Positions 1 to 12,180 of a stretch of DNA of 64,000 nucleotides are shown here, one piece after another. The stretch is from positions 107,944,001-108,008,000 of the forward strand of contig NC_087436.1 in NCBI RefSeq assembly GCF_036321535.1, in the 5' to 3' direction. This stretch comes from Camelus dromedarius. Its lineage: Eukaryota. The first letter of the stretch is position 1, and each line of letters opens with the position of its first letter. The translations under genes were made by a program, and so were the position numbers. The notes under the pieces were generated by a model, which saw nothing but the letters and a program-made list of their open reading frames with translations, was not told the origin of the DNA and made no database searches.

Positions 1-200
1 ATTCATCCATTAATGGGTACTAAAGCTGTTTCCATATCTTGGCTATTGTGAATAATGCAACATGGAAGTGCTTCTATCTCTTCAACATCCTGTTTTCATT
101 TCCTTTGGGAATATATTAATAATTGGAGTTGGGGATCATATAGCAGATCTAATTTTAACTTTCCAACAAACTTTCATATTGTTTTTCATAATGTGCCACT
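1..200 (-). mobile_element. L1 (L1MA/MB-type) ORF2-end/3'UTR fragment, cut by window edge
   Basis: 'tgtttccatatcttggctattgtgaataatgc...ttcatttcctttgg' is the typical antisense L1 3' region. Confidence 0.85.
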
Positions 201-322
201 TTCTAGTTGGTGGCCTAGACCTTTGTGATCATGAGAAATTCAGTGTGATCACTTTTTTCTTAGATTCTCACTATCATGACTATATCACTATCAAGACTCT
301 CACTGATGGAATCCAAAAGACA

Positions 323-550
323 GTAATAATAATTTAACATTTGAGCATTTATGTTATGCGAGGCCTTATTTTAAGTGTCTTACATGTATGAACTTATTTA
401 ATTCCCACAGCAATCCTATGAAATAGGATTATTATCATTCCTAATACTGAGACAGAGAGGTTGCCCTGGTTACACAGCTAACAGTGGCAGAGCTGGGGTT
501 TGAATTTAGAAAGGGAACCTCGTAGTGGTTCGTGCTTTCATCATGCACTG
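323..550 (-). mobile_element. MIR SINE
   Basis: Antisense MIR core: 'atttaattcccacagcaatcctatg...actgagacagagaggtt...agtggcagagctggggtttgaa'. Confidence 0.85.
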
Positions 551-2680
551 TGCTGATGGTATTGTTCTAGGGGCAACTCTGTTCGTTGCACTGTCATATC
601 TGTACTCCAACTGCCATTTGAGGGTTTATGCTCTCTCCTTACCACATACCAAGACAGAAGAAATATATGTTGAAATCAGTTGTCTGTCCCAATTTGACTG
701 AAAGTGACCTCATCTCCCTAGGTCTTTGCTCACTCAAGGTCATCCTATTACCAAAGAGAGGAAAGAGAGAGGAAATAAAGAGGAAAAAGTCAGGGCCCAT
801 TAAGTCTAGCAAGATGTGTATATCAAAGATGTTCCACTAAATTCTCTACCTCCTTTTCTAGTTCAGAATTGTTGTGGTCCCATAGTTGATGGAAAAGACC
901 CTTGCATGGAAAACAAGGGGAGAATGTCAGGGGAAGAAGAGAGAAAAGCAAACATGGGTTAGAGGGCAGCAGTGAGAGGCAGCTGCTAAAATAAGCCGTG
1001 GAGGATGGAGAACAGCTCTGCAGGGAGGATTGTCAGACCTGCAGATGACTTCAAGGAACAGCATTTAGGGAGGAGGTTTGAGCACTAAACTATCTAGACA
1101 TCTAACTCAGCATATTCTCTTTACTAAGTTTTAGAAGGATTTCAGCCTTACACTGTATGAAAGAAAAAAATGAAGGCTTTCTTTGAAAATAAAAAACACC
1201 CAAAATAACCTCGGTTGGAAGTGCTAATACCTTAATGTCAAATAACAGGGCAGTACCAAACTTTTATTTAAATTATGTATAAGCGATAAAATAACACTAA
1301 TCAGAATATGAATTTTTAATGTTCACTGTTGAACATTCTACAGTTCTCTGCATTATGTCTTTGATGACACGATCTGTTGAAAATGGAAAATTTTATATTG
1401 TCCCGGTATTATTACTCAGTTACTTCTTTGTCATTTCTGTTTTTCTTCAGTCACAGTCACAAATGATGTACCTATTATTTTTGTGGTGCTTTTTGTTTTT
1501 AAGATAGCTGGGAGCTGATGAACTACACTTAATTAAATTACGTTTCTAAGAAAAAAAAATCTAGACAAGTTTCCAAGAAGTTAAATTAATAAGTGGCTTT
1601 TCATTTGTTTCATTGTTTTTTTTAATTAATTCAAATTGTCACCTAGTTGACAAATTCTTCCAGACATATATATAATAAAAGTGTAGGATGTACTAGAATA
1701 GATTCTTTTCAGGCTATGAATAATGCTAACCAGGACCCTAAAACAGGAAATAAAGGCAGCACTTAATATGCGCACAGCAGCATTAAAAACTCATTTCAGT
1801 TGTAATCCACTGCAGCACTATATGTTGGCCTATAAAAAAGGCTTACACGAATATAGCTTTATAGATTCAATGAAGAGTTGCTAGCTTTAACTGCATTTTA
1901 ACAACTAGACTACATAAAATCTTATGGTCTTATCTTTGGCTGGAGAAAATGATCTAGTCTCAGAATAACTAATCTGTTAAATTCAGTGATTATTTCTTCA
2001 GTGCCTCCTGTTGGCGCAGCCCATACACAAGGAACACGCAAATGTTGGATTGCTTTGCTATGAACCCTTTCTTGTGTGTAATGACTTTATCTAAGGAGAA
2101 AATTAGAAATTAGGGGAAGAAAAATGAAGTGATTTGAATGTCGTAGAGATTCAAAGAAAAACCTCAAAAAAATTCTAATTTTATGCATTTTACTCTTTGG
2201 TGGAAATTGATGTACTTCTTGAAATCTAGCAATTTTATAAGTAAAGAGCCCTGCTATTGAAACAACGCACTATTAACAACACAACAAAGATGCCAAAAAA
2301 ATGTTATCAAACACTGTTCCAACATCTGGTTTTCATTTCATAAGTGGAGGGAAAACAAAACCGAAGCATAAATTGGGTCGTGATTCCTGGCATTCTGCAG
2401 TGCATCTATTTAGAGTTGGGATATTACTGTGAAGATGTTCTGCTCTTGTAAGTCATTTGTGAGTTTTTTACAAATAAAAAAATATTTTGCTTCAGAGTAC
2501 CTGGTTTAATATGAGGTATCTTTTGACTCATCAGTGCCCTTGTTTGCTGTACAGGTGTTTGTTATTCCACTGCATTAGACTTTCTGAAAATTCCTTGTGT
2601 CTGCATAACTTTTGACTGGCAAAATGTAGATGGATTGCACTGGTCCCAGAAATGAGCCTGGAATGGCATATCTATTCACT

Positions 2681-2956
2681 TTTTTAACTGAAGTATAATC
2701 AGTTACAATGTGTCAATTTCTGGTGTACAGAATAATGTCCCAGTCATGTGTGTATGTGTGTATACATATATACACACATATATTTGTTTTCATATTCTTA
2801 CATTAAAGGTTATTACAAGATATTGAATATAGTTCCCTATGCTGTACAGAAGAAATCTGTTTTTTATCTACCTTTATGTAGTGTTTAACATTTGCAAATC
2901 TCATCCCAAATTTATCCCTTCCCACTTCCTTGCCCCAGTAACCATAAGATTGTTCA
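2681..2956 (-). mobile_element. Young 5'-truncated L1 3' end (camelid/cetartiodactyl type)
   Basis: 'tgaagtataatcagttacaatgtgtcaatttctggtgtacag...ggttattacaagatattgaatatagttccct'; TSD tattcactttt at 2673-2683 and 2957-2967, TTTT/GA endonuclease-type site. Confidence 0.9.
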
Positions 2957-2989
2957 TATTCACTTTTGAAATAAGGATATATTTTCCAA

Positions 2990-3166
2990 GTTCATGCTCC
3001 AAAACTCTTGTCACTTGTGGAGCTTCTGAAACTGGAGATGCATGAGCCTCTCCCCAGATCTAGTGGGTCACAGTCTCTAGGGTGGTGGGACCAGGGCATG
3101 TATTTAGCTGTCTTTGTTTATCTCCCTAGGTGAGTCTCACTCACAGCTAGGGTTGCAAACCACTGG
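2990..3166. mobile_element. MER5-type hAT-Charlie MITE
   Basis: End 'ccctaggtgagtctcactcacagctagggttgcaaaccactg' resembles the MER5A terminus. Confidence 0.65.
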
Positions 3167-3194
3167 CCTAAATAATTGACAGTTGTACAGAACT

Positions 3195-3345
3195 TTATAA
3201 AGCATGTCACAGTTTTTAATCTCATTTAATCTAGTGTGGTGGGCATCATTCTTATTTTATAGACAAAGAATTCAAGCTTTGAGAGAGGTTAAGTGATTAC
3301 TTAATAGTATACATCCTAACTTTAAGTCTAGACTTCTGATATAAA
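3195..3345 (-). mobile_element. MIR fragment
   Basis: 'tctcatttaatc...attttatagacaaagaa...gagagaggttaagtga'. Confidence 0.7.
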
Positions 3346-3384
3346 GTCACTGGATTTTTTTTCTCCTTTTGACCTTTTTTTTTC

Positions 3385-3890
3385 CCTTGGCTGTAATGTA
3401 CATACAGGAAAAAAAAATTGGCAATGCCGTTAATGTACAGCCCAGTGAATTTTCACAAACTGAACACACCTGTGTAACCAGCAGCACAGATGCCTTCCTC
3501 TGGCCCCCTCCAATCACTGATTACTCTCACCAGTGTAATCTCTATACTGACTCCTCCTGGTGTTGCTGAGATTCATCTACTGTCTGGTGTTTAGATAAAT
3601 AGAATCACTCAGTTTGTTCTCATTTGTATATCCCTTCTTTTAATGATCATTGCATCTGTGAGATTCGTCCATGTTGTATTGTACAGCAATAATCAATTTA
3701 CTCTCATTGCTTACGGTGCTTCTTTGTGTGAATATTGGACACTTATCATTCATTCTAGTACTGGTGAAAGTTTCCATAGTTTCAGTTTTTACCTGATGCC
3801 AGCAGAACTCGCTCAGCATCCTAGTGCACGTCTTTGGTAAACATGTACGTATTTCTACAGGGTATATACCTAGGAAAGTCCTGAGCATTT
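3385..3890 (-). mobile_element. Old L1 (L1MC/ME) 3' end
   Basis: 'gtacagcccagtgaattttcacaaactgaacacacctgtgtaacca'; ORF 3640-3888(-) has LGIYP..KTCTRM, a decayed L1 ORF2 C-terminus. Confidence 0.85.
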
Positions 3891-4624
3891 CAAGATGTAC
3901 TTTTTAAGCTGCTAGATGGCAGAAATCTCCCCTAGCTTTTCCCTTCCAAACCTTTCTCTTCTTTTAGTTTATATAATTCTTGCCACCACTCTCAACTGTG
4001 TTAATCAAAACCTTTCTGAAATAAGCAAAAGGCAAAATAATTTACTCTAAGATATACCATGTCTATTAATTCCAAATTTCTTTCAAAGGATAGAATCTTG
4101 ATTTAAAGGGCTAACTTTCTGACTGTGGAATTTCAGGGCCTAAGATAATTACAGGTAGAGCTAAGCAAATGGTTTTCTCTTGTTTGGATACAGTTTTATT
4201 TAAAATTTTTTTTTGGACAAAATGTTATGAGGAAACACAAAATGATCAGCTAATTAATTGGCTACTCAGTGAGTAACCGTGGCTTAACCGTGTGTGCTCA
4301 GACAGGTTTACTAACTCCTTTAGGTCCCAGCTCTGTTCTACCAAATAACACTGGTCAGAGTGTGTCGACCTGCTCGAAGAGTGTGTTCATACAGCCTCAG
4401 TACATCATCAATGTCCATCTTCCAGGTGTATGATTTCCTGGGGTCCTTTCCTGTGGATGCAAAGGATGCTGTGGGCCTTTTCTATGGATTCTCTTCCATG
4501 GACCCTAGATCCTTAGCTTTAAGTTCCACTGGTGTCATTAAGTCGCATTAAATATTTCCTTGTGTCTTTATCCATGGTAAGATTGTCTGATGGCAGGTGC
4601 ATAGGTTTTTCAATAGGAAAAGTA

Positions 4625-4750
4625 GTTACTTCTCTAGGCCTTAGTTTTCTCAAGTATAAAATAAGTACAATATTTCCATTGGATTAAATAATAATAATAT
4701 ATATTATGAACCTAATACAAGTATCTGGTGCTGAATAAATGGTATCATTA
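4625..4750 (+). mobile_element. MIR fragment
   Basis: 'tctctaggccttagttttctcaagtataaaat...ggattaaat'. Confidence 0.6.
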
Positions 4751-5317
4751 ATAAGTGCTAAAGGTCTGGGACGATGTCTTATTTATCTCTATAATAGTAT
4801 TTGGTAGGAAGGTGCTTATAAATTTTTAAGGGAATTTAGGACTTATCTAAGTCCTACTGGCTGGTGGATAACATTCTCTTGAAAGAAGAAGCCCCTTTTC
4901 TCCCTGGTCCCTTTACCCTTCTGGATGAATACTGAATTACTAAAAAAATACCTATAATAAAATCAGTCTTTAAGCACTCCAAGTCTATTCGCCGTAGGGA
5001 GAACATTCTCAGGTAACAGCACCACAGGTGGGGATTCAGGTAGGGTTAGAAGTGCAGAAAGAATTATGTTGAGGATGTAATCATTACAGAGCATAAATTA
5101 TTTAAATTCAGCTTTGTCCGAATCCTCAGGTCTATCTTTGGTCAAGCATGTTAATAAAACCAACCGAACTATTTTAATTGCTTTTCACCTCCTAGTCCAG
5201 GCTTCAGTGTTAGCTATTAATTTACCTCTGAATGATGTGAACTGTCACATATGGCAGATGGATACAGGCCTTCATTTAGGAACTGGTCATCAATACACAT
5301 TCACACAGTGAATCCAG

Positions 5318-5495
5318 ATACCATCACCAACACCACTGGCAGTTCTGCCACCAAAAGTACCAACATGTCTACCATGGATGCCTCCATCAATTGCACTACA
5401 AATACTGTCAACAATTCCAGCACCACGAATAGTTGCACCACCTAACCCCACCAGCAATTTCATCACCAGCCGCCACCAGCAATTCCAAAACCAAT
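5318..5495 (+). repeat. Degenerate (ACC/CAC)n-derived low-complexity tract
   Basis: Recurrent accacc/caccag/caac triplets; yields the T/S/N-rich chance ORF 5251-5445. Confidence 0.6.
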
Positions 5496-5639
5496 ATTCA
5501 AACTGACACTAAAGGTCAGTAAATATGCTAGACTCTGGGAGCCCACGTGGATGAACATGGTCTATGAGTTTACTGAGTACAGAGTTCATTGGAGGAAATG
5601 TAAAGTTAGCATTGTTTGATCCTGCTTGGCCCCACACAT

Positions 5640-5870
5640 CCTCCCCCTTGAGAGACCCTGCCACTTTGCTCCTCACACATCTTTTGACAGCCACATTAGC
5701 TTGGTCTAAATGCCAAGCTTTTTCCTACTTACATACATTTGCATATGCTGAACCCTCTGCCTGCAGTAGTTTGTCTTTGATCTTTACAAGTTGATATCCT
5801 CTTACACTTAAGCTCTTGGCTGAAATGTCACTTCTTAAGAGAAACCTTTTCTCACCTCCACTCTACTTTA
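5640..5870 (+). mobile_element. L2 fragment
   Basis: 'tttgcatatgctgaaccctctgcctg...ctgaaatgtcacttcttaagagaaaccttttct'. Confidence 0.75.
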
Positions 5871-6706
5871 GGACAGTAGGGATAATAGTTCTTAATTTGC
5901 ATAGTTGATCAGCATTTGAGGTAAATGAACATTAAATATCTAGCATGATGCTTGCAGGTAGCTGTTAGTAGCAGTAGAACTGGACAGGTGATCCATTTGA
6001 CTGGGGATTAGGAACCAAGTTAGATATGAAACCAAAGTCCAGGAGACTAGAAAGACTCACAAGAGAGATAGAAGTTTCAGGTCAGAGATCGGAGGCCAAG
6101 CCTGGAACAGTTACATGAGCCACAGAGAGGGAAGCTCTAGACCAGTTCTGAGGCTGGACAGAAGCCATTTAGTAGGTGCTGGAGATTTAAAATAGTGTGG
6201 TGGTGCAATGGAACAGAGCATACAAAATATGAAAATAGCAAAGGGGAGGGTATGTAATTAACTATTCTGGTGTGATTGAACCTGAGGGTGGAAACAGTCA
6301 GTCGTTGGTGAGAGTGGCTCTTACTGGCCATTATGTGTCATGGCCATTTCGGAAAATCCTGTGTAGCTGTCTGATTTCCTTTTAACTCCTTCTCCTCCTT
6401 GGGCTCACAGGCTTTGGGTACAAACTTATTATGGAAATATGGACTTGAAGTTTTCACTCATCTTTGTTGCACCTGCTTCCTGAGCGTCTAGGCAAAAAGA
6501 GTAAGTGTTTAGTCAACAGTTCTATTTTTGTTTCTATTTTGTTAAAAGATAAAAATTATCCAATATGCTATGCCTAAAATGCCAGAGAGAATATTCCTAA
6601 GTAATTATTCTAGTCCATGCCAGTTTCTCTCCTCTTTACTTTAACTTAACCTGTGTATGAGTCAGTTAAACTTCTTTTTGATTTATCCTTGTTCAGAGTT
6701 GGTTTA

Positions 6707-6794
6707 GTGTAGTGGAGTTAAGAGACAAGATTGTGTTGGTTGTGGAGCCAGACCAGTTGGTTTTTGAATCCCAGCTCCAAGTCTTGCTACCTGT
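6707..6794 (+). mobile_element. MIR 5' half (split by LTR)
   Basis: 'agtgtagtggagttaagag...ggagccagacc...tttgaatcccagctcc'. Confidence 0.8.
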
Positions 6795-7364
6795 TGAGTC
6801 AGGAAGGAAAGGCGGCAGGGCACGATCATTGAAAGAATGACACAACCATTGAGAAAAACAGGATACAACAAAAACTGGCTAGAACCAACTAGGCCCAAGA
6901 TGGCGGAATTTTTGACTTTCAGTAGACCTTGAATCTCATATGCTCTTGTAATGTATTAGCATGCTAAATGGCATACCCACAGATGACATGACAGTTCCAA
7001 GGCTGACCATAAAAGGCCAAAAAGTGGGCAGTGGCCCAATTCTAGAAAATCCCTGCCCCTTCCCCCAAATTGTTAGCCCGTGAAATTACCCAGCCCATAA
7101 GAACTAACTGCTCACCCACATTGGGGCCACTCTCACTTCCCTAGCTGACCCCACCTCCTGGAGCTGTTCTCACTTATGAGACTGACTGCATTCTGTCTAT
7201 GGAATGTGTGTCTCTCTAAATAAACTTGCTTTTACTTTGCTATGGCTTGCTCTTGAATTCTTTCCTGTGTGAAGCCAAGGACCCTCACTTGGTGGGGTTC
7301 ATCCCAGAGAATCACCTGAGACCTGGGACATGACCATCCTCTTGTGCCCCATTATATTGCAACA
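6795..7364 (+). mobile_element. Solo LTR, MER41-like ERV1
   Basis: TG...CA ends, 4-bp TSD ctgt (6791-6794 / 7365-7368), AATAAA at 7219; 'ccaagatggcg...aatgtattagcatgctaaa...catgacagtt' recalls MER41. Confidence 0.85.
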
Positions 7365-7528
7365 CTGTGAGATCTTAGATGAGTCACTTAACCTCACTCT
7401 GTAAAGTGGTGATGTTATTCGTACCGAATAGTACAAAAGCCATCAAGTATGGCAATAAAATGAAATCCTGCGCATGAATCAGGAGCAGTACCTGGCACAT
7501 AGGAAGTGCTACACAAATGTGAACTGCC
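7365..7528 (+). mobile_element. MIR 3' half
   Basis: 'gtcacttaacctc...ctgtaaagtgg...cagtacctggcacataggaagtgct'. Confidence 0.8.
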
Positions 7529-7576
7529 GTGACTGAACAACTAGTAACAAAACACTCAGTAGGGAGCTTTAACATC

Positions 7577-7598
7577 TTTTTTTTTTTTTTTTTTTTTT
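7577..7598. repeat. Poly(T) run, 22 nt
   Basis: Direct observation. Confidence 0.95.
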
Positions 7599-8451
7599 GC
7601 TATTGTCCAAAATTTACATATGAAAGTCAAAGAGTAATTGCAAAGATTCTTCTATAAGGTCAGCAACTGTTCGGCAAAATCAACTGGCTTCAGTGAACAG
7701 CAGTGTTTTCTTTATGGGTTAGAATATATCAAAGCTGGTTACAACTGCTTTTAAGCTTTTCTATTATATAACTTCATCTGTAATAATAAGTGTGTTAGTT
7801 AAGGAAATCATTATTCAGAGGACTTAATCATCTACATGCAAATGAGTTTAGCATAATTTTCTTAAGCACAGTAATCACTAAAGAGAGAATATTCGTTTTC
7901 TCTCATAGTCTGTGTGTCTGAAACAATTTAGCAAAGTAAATGGGGGAAGGGAGCAATTCAAAATTTATAATATCTTTGTGGCATCTTTGTATAGTAAAAT
8001 TCCTTGTCCCCAGGCAATTATCATCTGCTTTTTAAAACAGCATTTCCTGTATACTTTGTCTTAAGCATCTGTATTTTTACACAGGAAAGTCAGTTTTCTC
8101 TTTTGAAAAAAATATTTTACTTAGGCTTTGTCCTGAAGCTGACAGTTACGTCAAAAACTTGCTACTTTCAGCATATTTCCTTATTGTGACTTCAGCCTTT
8201 TCAGTGTCTTTAAACTTTTCTTTTTGTGCATCTTCAGGCTGTCATCATTTAAGCACTCACACCCTATAAAGCAAAAGCATCTATTATAGATATGTCTTAC
8301 TTTCCTAACATAATGGACATTACAAATATGAAAACATGAAAAAAAGAATATGAGAAAATAGCTAAATATAGTATTTCTTTTGTGCCTTGAGTGCCACAGG
8401 CATTGGATGCATTTACTTAACCTTGAACATTACTGATGTTTTAAAGTATTT

Positions 8452-8503
8452 CTTTTTAATTGAAGTATAGTCGGTTTACAATGTTGTGTTAATTTCTGGT
8501 GTA
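8452..8503 (-). mobile_element. Very short L1 3' terminus (cetartiodactyl type)
   Basis: 'ttttaattgaagtatagtcggtttacaatgttgtgttaatttctggtgta'. Confidence 0.75.
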
Positions 8504-9984
8504 ATAAATCTATGACATTTGAGATTAATAAATATCATGTTTCTTGATAAGACGTAAAAACCATGATACAACTTTTCAGTGTGGGAAACCTTTGCATTCA
8601 TGGATTGGGGATTCACAATTTTGATCTAAGCTTTAGTTAGATCCTGTGCTTCCCCCTCCTTGCCCCCCTCCCCCTTCCCCATTAGGAGCTGGTTATATCT
8701 CTGTGACTCTGGCAGAAAGCCCCTTTGTAAGAAAACATTAGGAATAATGTTGAAGAGGGATGTTAAGTACATTTTAGTAACTCACTGAGAAATCTTCCCT
8801 GATACAATTAGAAAAATCAAAGGACCTTCAGAAAATGGGTTTGGAGAGAAAATGGGGTATTGTATGAAAATATTTGTGTTGTGTACAAATAATTTCTGAA
8901 GACTTGCATTTTTGTTTGCTTTCTGACATCTTTAGAGCTTAACTTCAGTCCAGTATAGATCAACATAGCTTTTCATGGTCACAGTTAATGAGGTTCTCAG
9001 CATCAAACTTGGAAAATCATAGTATGTTTTAATAGAATTTCCAAACTGTTATAAAAACACTATTTATTAAACTGCTGGAACCTAACTCATCCCTAAATAG
9101 TACTATTATATAACTGCTTACTTATATAATAGTAAGAAAGAGAAGAACCCATGGCCTCATGCACACGGGAAAGGGATTCTAGATTGTTGTGAAAATGAGT
9201 AACAGTAACTGAAAACTGCAGATATATTACGAGCTACAAGTTGACAGATCTGCCTTTTAAGAGGTGATGTTTGCCCTCTGAATTTCAGTGCCAGGGTTCC
9301 CATCTTCCTGGCAGTCAGGACACAGAGGCACGCTCTGTGCCGATCACTGGGATGCCGGTTAGCACTGTACGGAGGAAGGCATATTTAAAATGTAATATTC
9401 TTAGTACTCCGCACAAACTAGCAGTCCTTTTTTTACTGGAAGGAAGTGTTTCCTCCCCCTTAATTATTCCATCAGAATATCCAGCCCTGACATTTAAAGC
9501 AAAGCACGGTCAAACTTCCTTTGAAATTTAAAGTTTGTGCTAAATTAGGGTTGTTTGGTGGGAAGTGAGTTTTGCATTTGTTAAGGAGATTTGGTTATAA
9601 AAGTTTGATTGACTTAAGGCTCTGGACGTGGGTGAATAGAGCCAGTGGCAAGAACATGAGAAATAGAAATTGGTGGGAAGGTAATTTATTGCCATTTCCT
9701 GTAGTTCCTCATCTGAAGGACAAAGAGTTGTGGCTCAGGGGTCAGGAGATAAACTGTTTCTTTTAGGATTTTGTAATAATAATGAAGCAAAATGCTAAGC
9801 ACTTATTAAATATGGTATCTATATTTTTCTTCATGGAGAGAATGGTGCTGGCTTCTCTTCCTACAGTCAACAGTAACTGCTCAATAAATGAATGTTGAAT
9901 GGGATTTGGGAAGACTTATAAAATAAGATGGATTCCTCCAAGTATTTCTTCCTTCTGCTCCTGGCTCCCTTTCTTCTCTCTACT

Positions 9985-10335
9985 TTTGATATTTATTTAT
10001 CAAACTCAAGTTACATGCCAGGAATTGTATAAGGTGCTGGGGATGCAGTCAATATTGAACAACAAAAAATTGGGCTTTCTCTCATGGAGTGTGTATTCTA
10101 ATGGACAGAATAGAATAAAAGAAAATAAACATATTAAATAATTACAGATTGTGACAAGTGCCATGAAAGACCCAATCTGGGAGCTGGGTTGGGAAGTAAC
10201 AGTTGTGGTGGGGAGGATACGGTACTGCAGTCAGCAGAGCATCTCTGAGATGGACACCTGAGGGATGGGCTGGTGTCTGCAGCTGTTGAAAGCTTGCTGG
10301 GAGAGGAGTCCAGGAAGAGGGAATGTCGTGGTGAT
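9985..10335 (-). mobile_element. L2 fragment
   Basis: 'atgccaggaattgtataaggtgctggggatgcag...ctcatggagtgtgtattctaatgg...attgtgacaagtgccatgaa'. Confidence 0.8.
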
Positions 10336-10380
10336 ATCACCTTTCAGAATCTGGAAGACAGGTGGTATGGCTGGGAAGTA

Positions 10381-10844
10381 TAGACTGTCCCTGACTTCCA
10401 GTGGTTCCCCTTGTGAGTCTGACTTTACCACAGTGAGAAAGGGGTATGCATTTGAAACCATACTTCAGAATTTGAATTTTGGTCTTTTCCCGGGCCAGTG
10501 ATACGCTGTACAAAACTCTCTCGTGATGCTGTGGTAGCTCCCAATCAGTCACACGATCACGAGGGTAAGCGACCCCTACGCTTACAGTCATTTGTACCTA
10601 TGTAGTCATTCTGTTTTTCACTTTCAGTATAGTATTCAGTAAATTGCACAGGATAGTCAACATTTTTTTTTATAATATACCCTTTGTTTCAGATAATTTT
10701 GCCCAACTGTAGGCTAATATAAGTGTTCTGAACACGTTGCTCAGCTAAGCTATGGTGTTTGGTTAGGTTAGTTGTATTCAGTACATTTTCAACTTATGAT
10801 GGGTTTATCAAGATGTAACTGCATCATTAGTCAAGGGAGAGCTA
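10381..10844. mobile_element. Tigger4/Zombi-type non-autonomous TcMar DNA transposon
   Basis: 'tttgaattttggtcttttcccggg...cacgatcacgaggg...ttttgcccaactgtaggctaat...ttcaacttatgatgggtttatc'; flanked by TA. Confidence 0.85.
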
Positions 10845-11049
10845 TAGTGAGAAAGCAGGCAGTATCATGTCCTTTTTCCTGATGGTCCCTAGAGACAAAT
10901 CTGGGAGACAGTGGTTAAAGCCCTCCTCATGGGGCCCACGTTAGTTCCCATGCTGAGTGAGTTTCTGACCTGGCCATCATGACATGCTATCCACTCTTGT
11001 TAGCAAACCAACCCAGTGCCCACATCCACCATGTCCTTGGGTAAGGACT

Positions 11050-11345
11050 TACCAAGGCCAGGTACTATCTTAGGCACTGGGGAAACACCAGACAGGAAGA
11101 CAGACAAGGCCTGGATTGGGGTGGAGGGGAGGGGGAGAGGGCAGATGATAGAGTAGCAAAGTGAGAGTCAGTGGGAAGTGCCAGGCAGAGATTTGAACAG
11201 AGGAGTATGACAGAGGGCCAGTGGAGGGGAGGATCAGAGGAGGTCTCCCTGGGGAGGCGACAGGAATGAAATGAGGAAAAGAGATGTGATACTGAACGAT
11301 ATCTCAATGTGAGAAGAGCCTGGCAGAAGTCAAGGATCAAGTACA
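11050..11345 (-). mobile_element. Degraded L2 fragment
   Basis: 'caggtactatcttaggcactggggaaacac...agacagacaaggcc' followed by purine-rich L2 antisense sequence. Confidence 0.55.
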
Positions 11346-11459
11346 CTGGCCGTCAGATGAGTTCTGGTGGGGCTCTCAGTTTCCTGACTACAGATAGTTT
11401 TCTAATGTGCTGTCCATTATGAGACAGGCAACATGGAAAGCTTTAGAAATTCAAGACTT

Positions 11460-11720
11460 GATAATAATGACAATAGTATCTTTGAGTATATAGTTTATGG
11501 CAGGTAGTAATAGGGTGAATATTTTTACATGAGTTATGTTCCTTAATGCTCACGACCCTACGAAGTGGATATTCTCTTTAGCTCCCATTTATAAGGGAGG
11601 GCATGCCATCTTAGAGCAGGAGAGTGACCTGAGGTCTTCGAGCCTGTGAGTGCAAGGTGCAGGGTTCGTGCCCTGCCAGTCAGGCCCCAACCCCCAGCTA
11701 ATGGACAGCTGGGCGATACA
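11460..11720 (-). mobile_element. MIR
   Basis: 'ttaatgctcacgaccctacgaagtgg...cccatttataaggga'. Confidence 0.7.
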
Positions 11721-12089
11721 TGACTTTCCTAGGAAGAGTTTCCTTTGTGTTTGATATTTATGTATGTCTTGTTATCTAATGGGACAGAATGCAGAGCTAA
11801 CTCCCCATCTGTATTTTTGTTTGAGTCTCCAAAATACAGCATTGCCTCTAGGTTGAAAATGTAAAGCCTTGGTACTTTCGGTGTTGCTTTGTGTGGTAGT
11901 TATGCTGCTTGCTCATAAGTTCCACTTGGGTGTGTGAATAAAGTATTACAAAGGCAATTAATATTTGGGAAGGGAGGTAAATATGTCAAGATATATGTGC
12001 CATAAAATTCCAGATCTAAATTTTGTGTGGAAGTGGTAGAATTCTTGCTTATTTCTTTTGCTGAATCTGCAGGAAGACAAAGGAATTGT

Positions 12090-12180
12090 CTTTCTCTTCT
12101 TTCCTTCTTTCCTTCCTTCCTTTCTTTCTCCCCTCCTCTCCCCTCCCTCCCTTCCTTCTTTCCTTCCCTCCTTCCTTCTT
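12090..12180. repeat. (CTTC/CCCT)n pyrimidine microsatellite
   Basis: Direct observation; source of the S/F/L/P-rich ORFs at 12027-12454. Confidence 0.95.

Noticed and set aside
4425..4580. Acceptor/donor pair with VYDFLGSFPVDAKDAVG reading
   Set aside because: In-frame stop before the donor, modest splice sites, unrecognised peptide.
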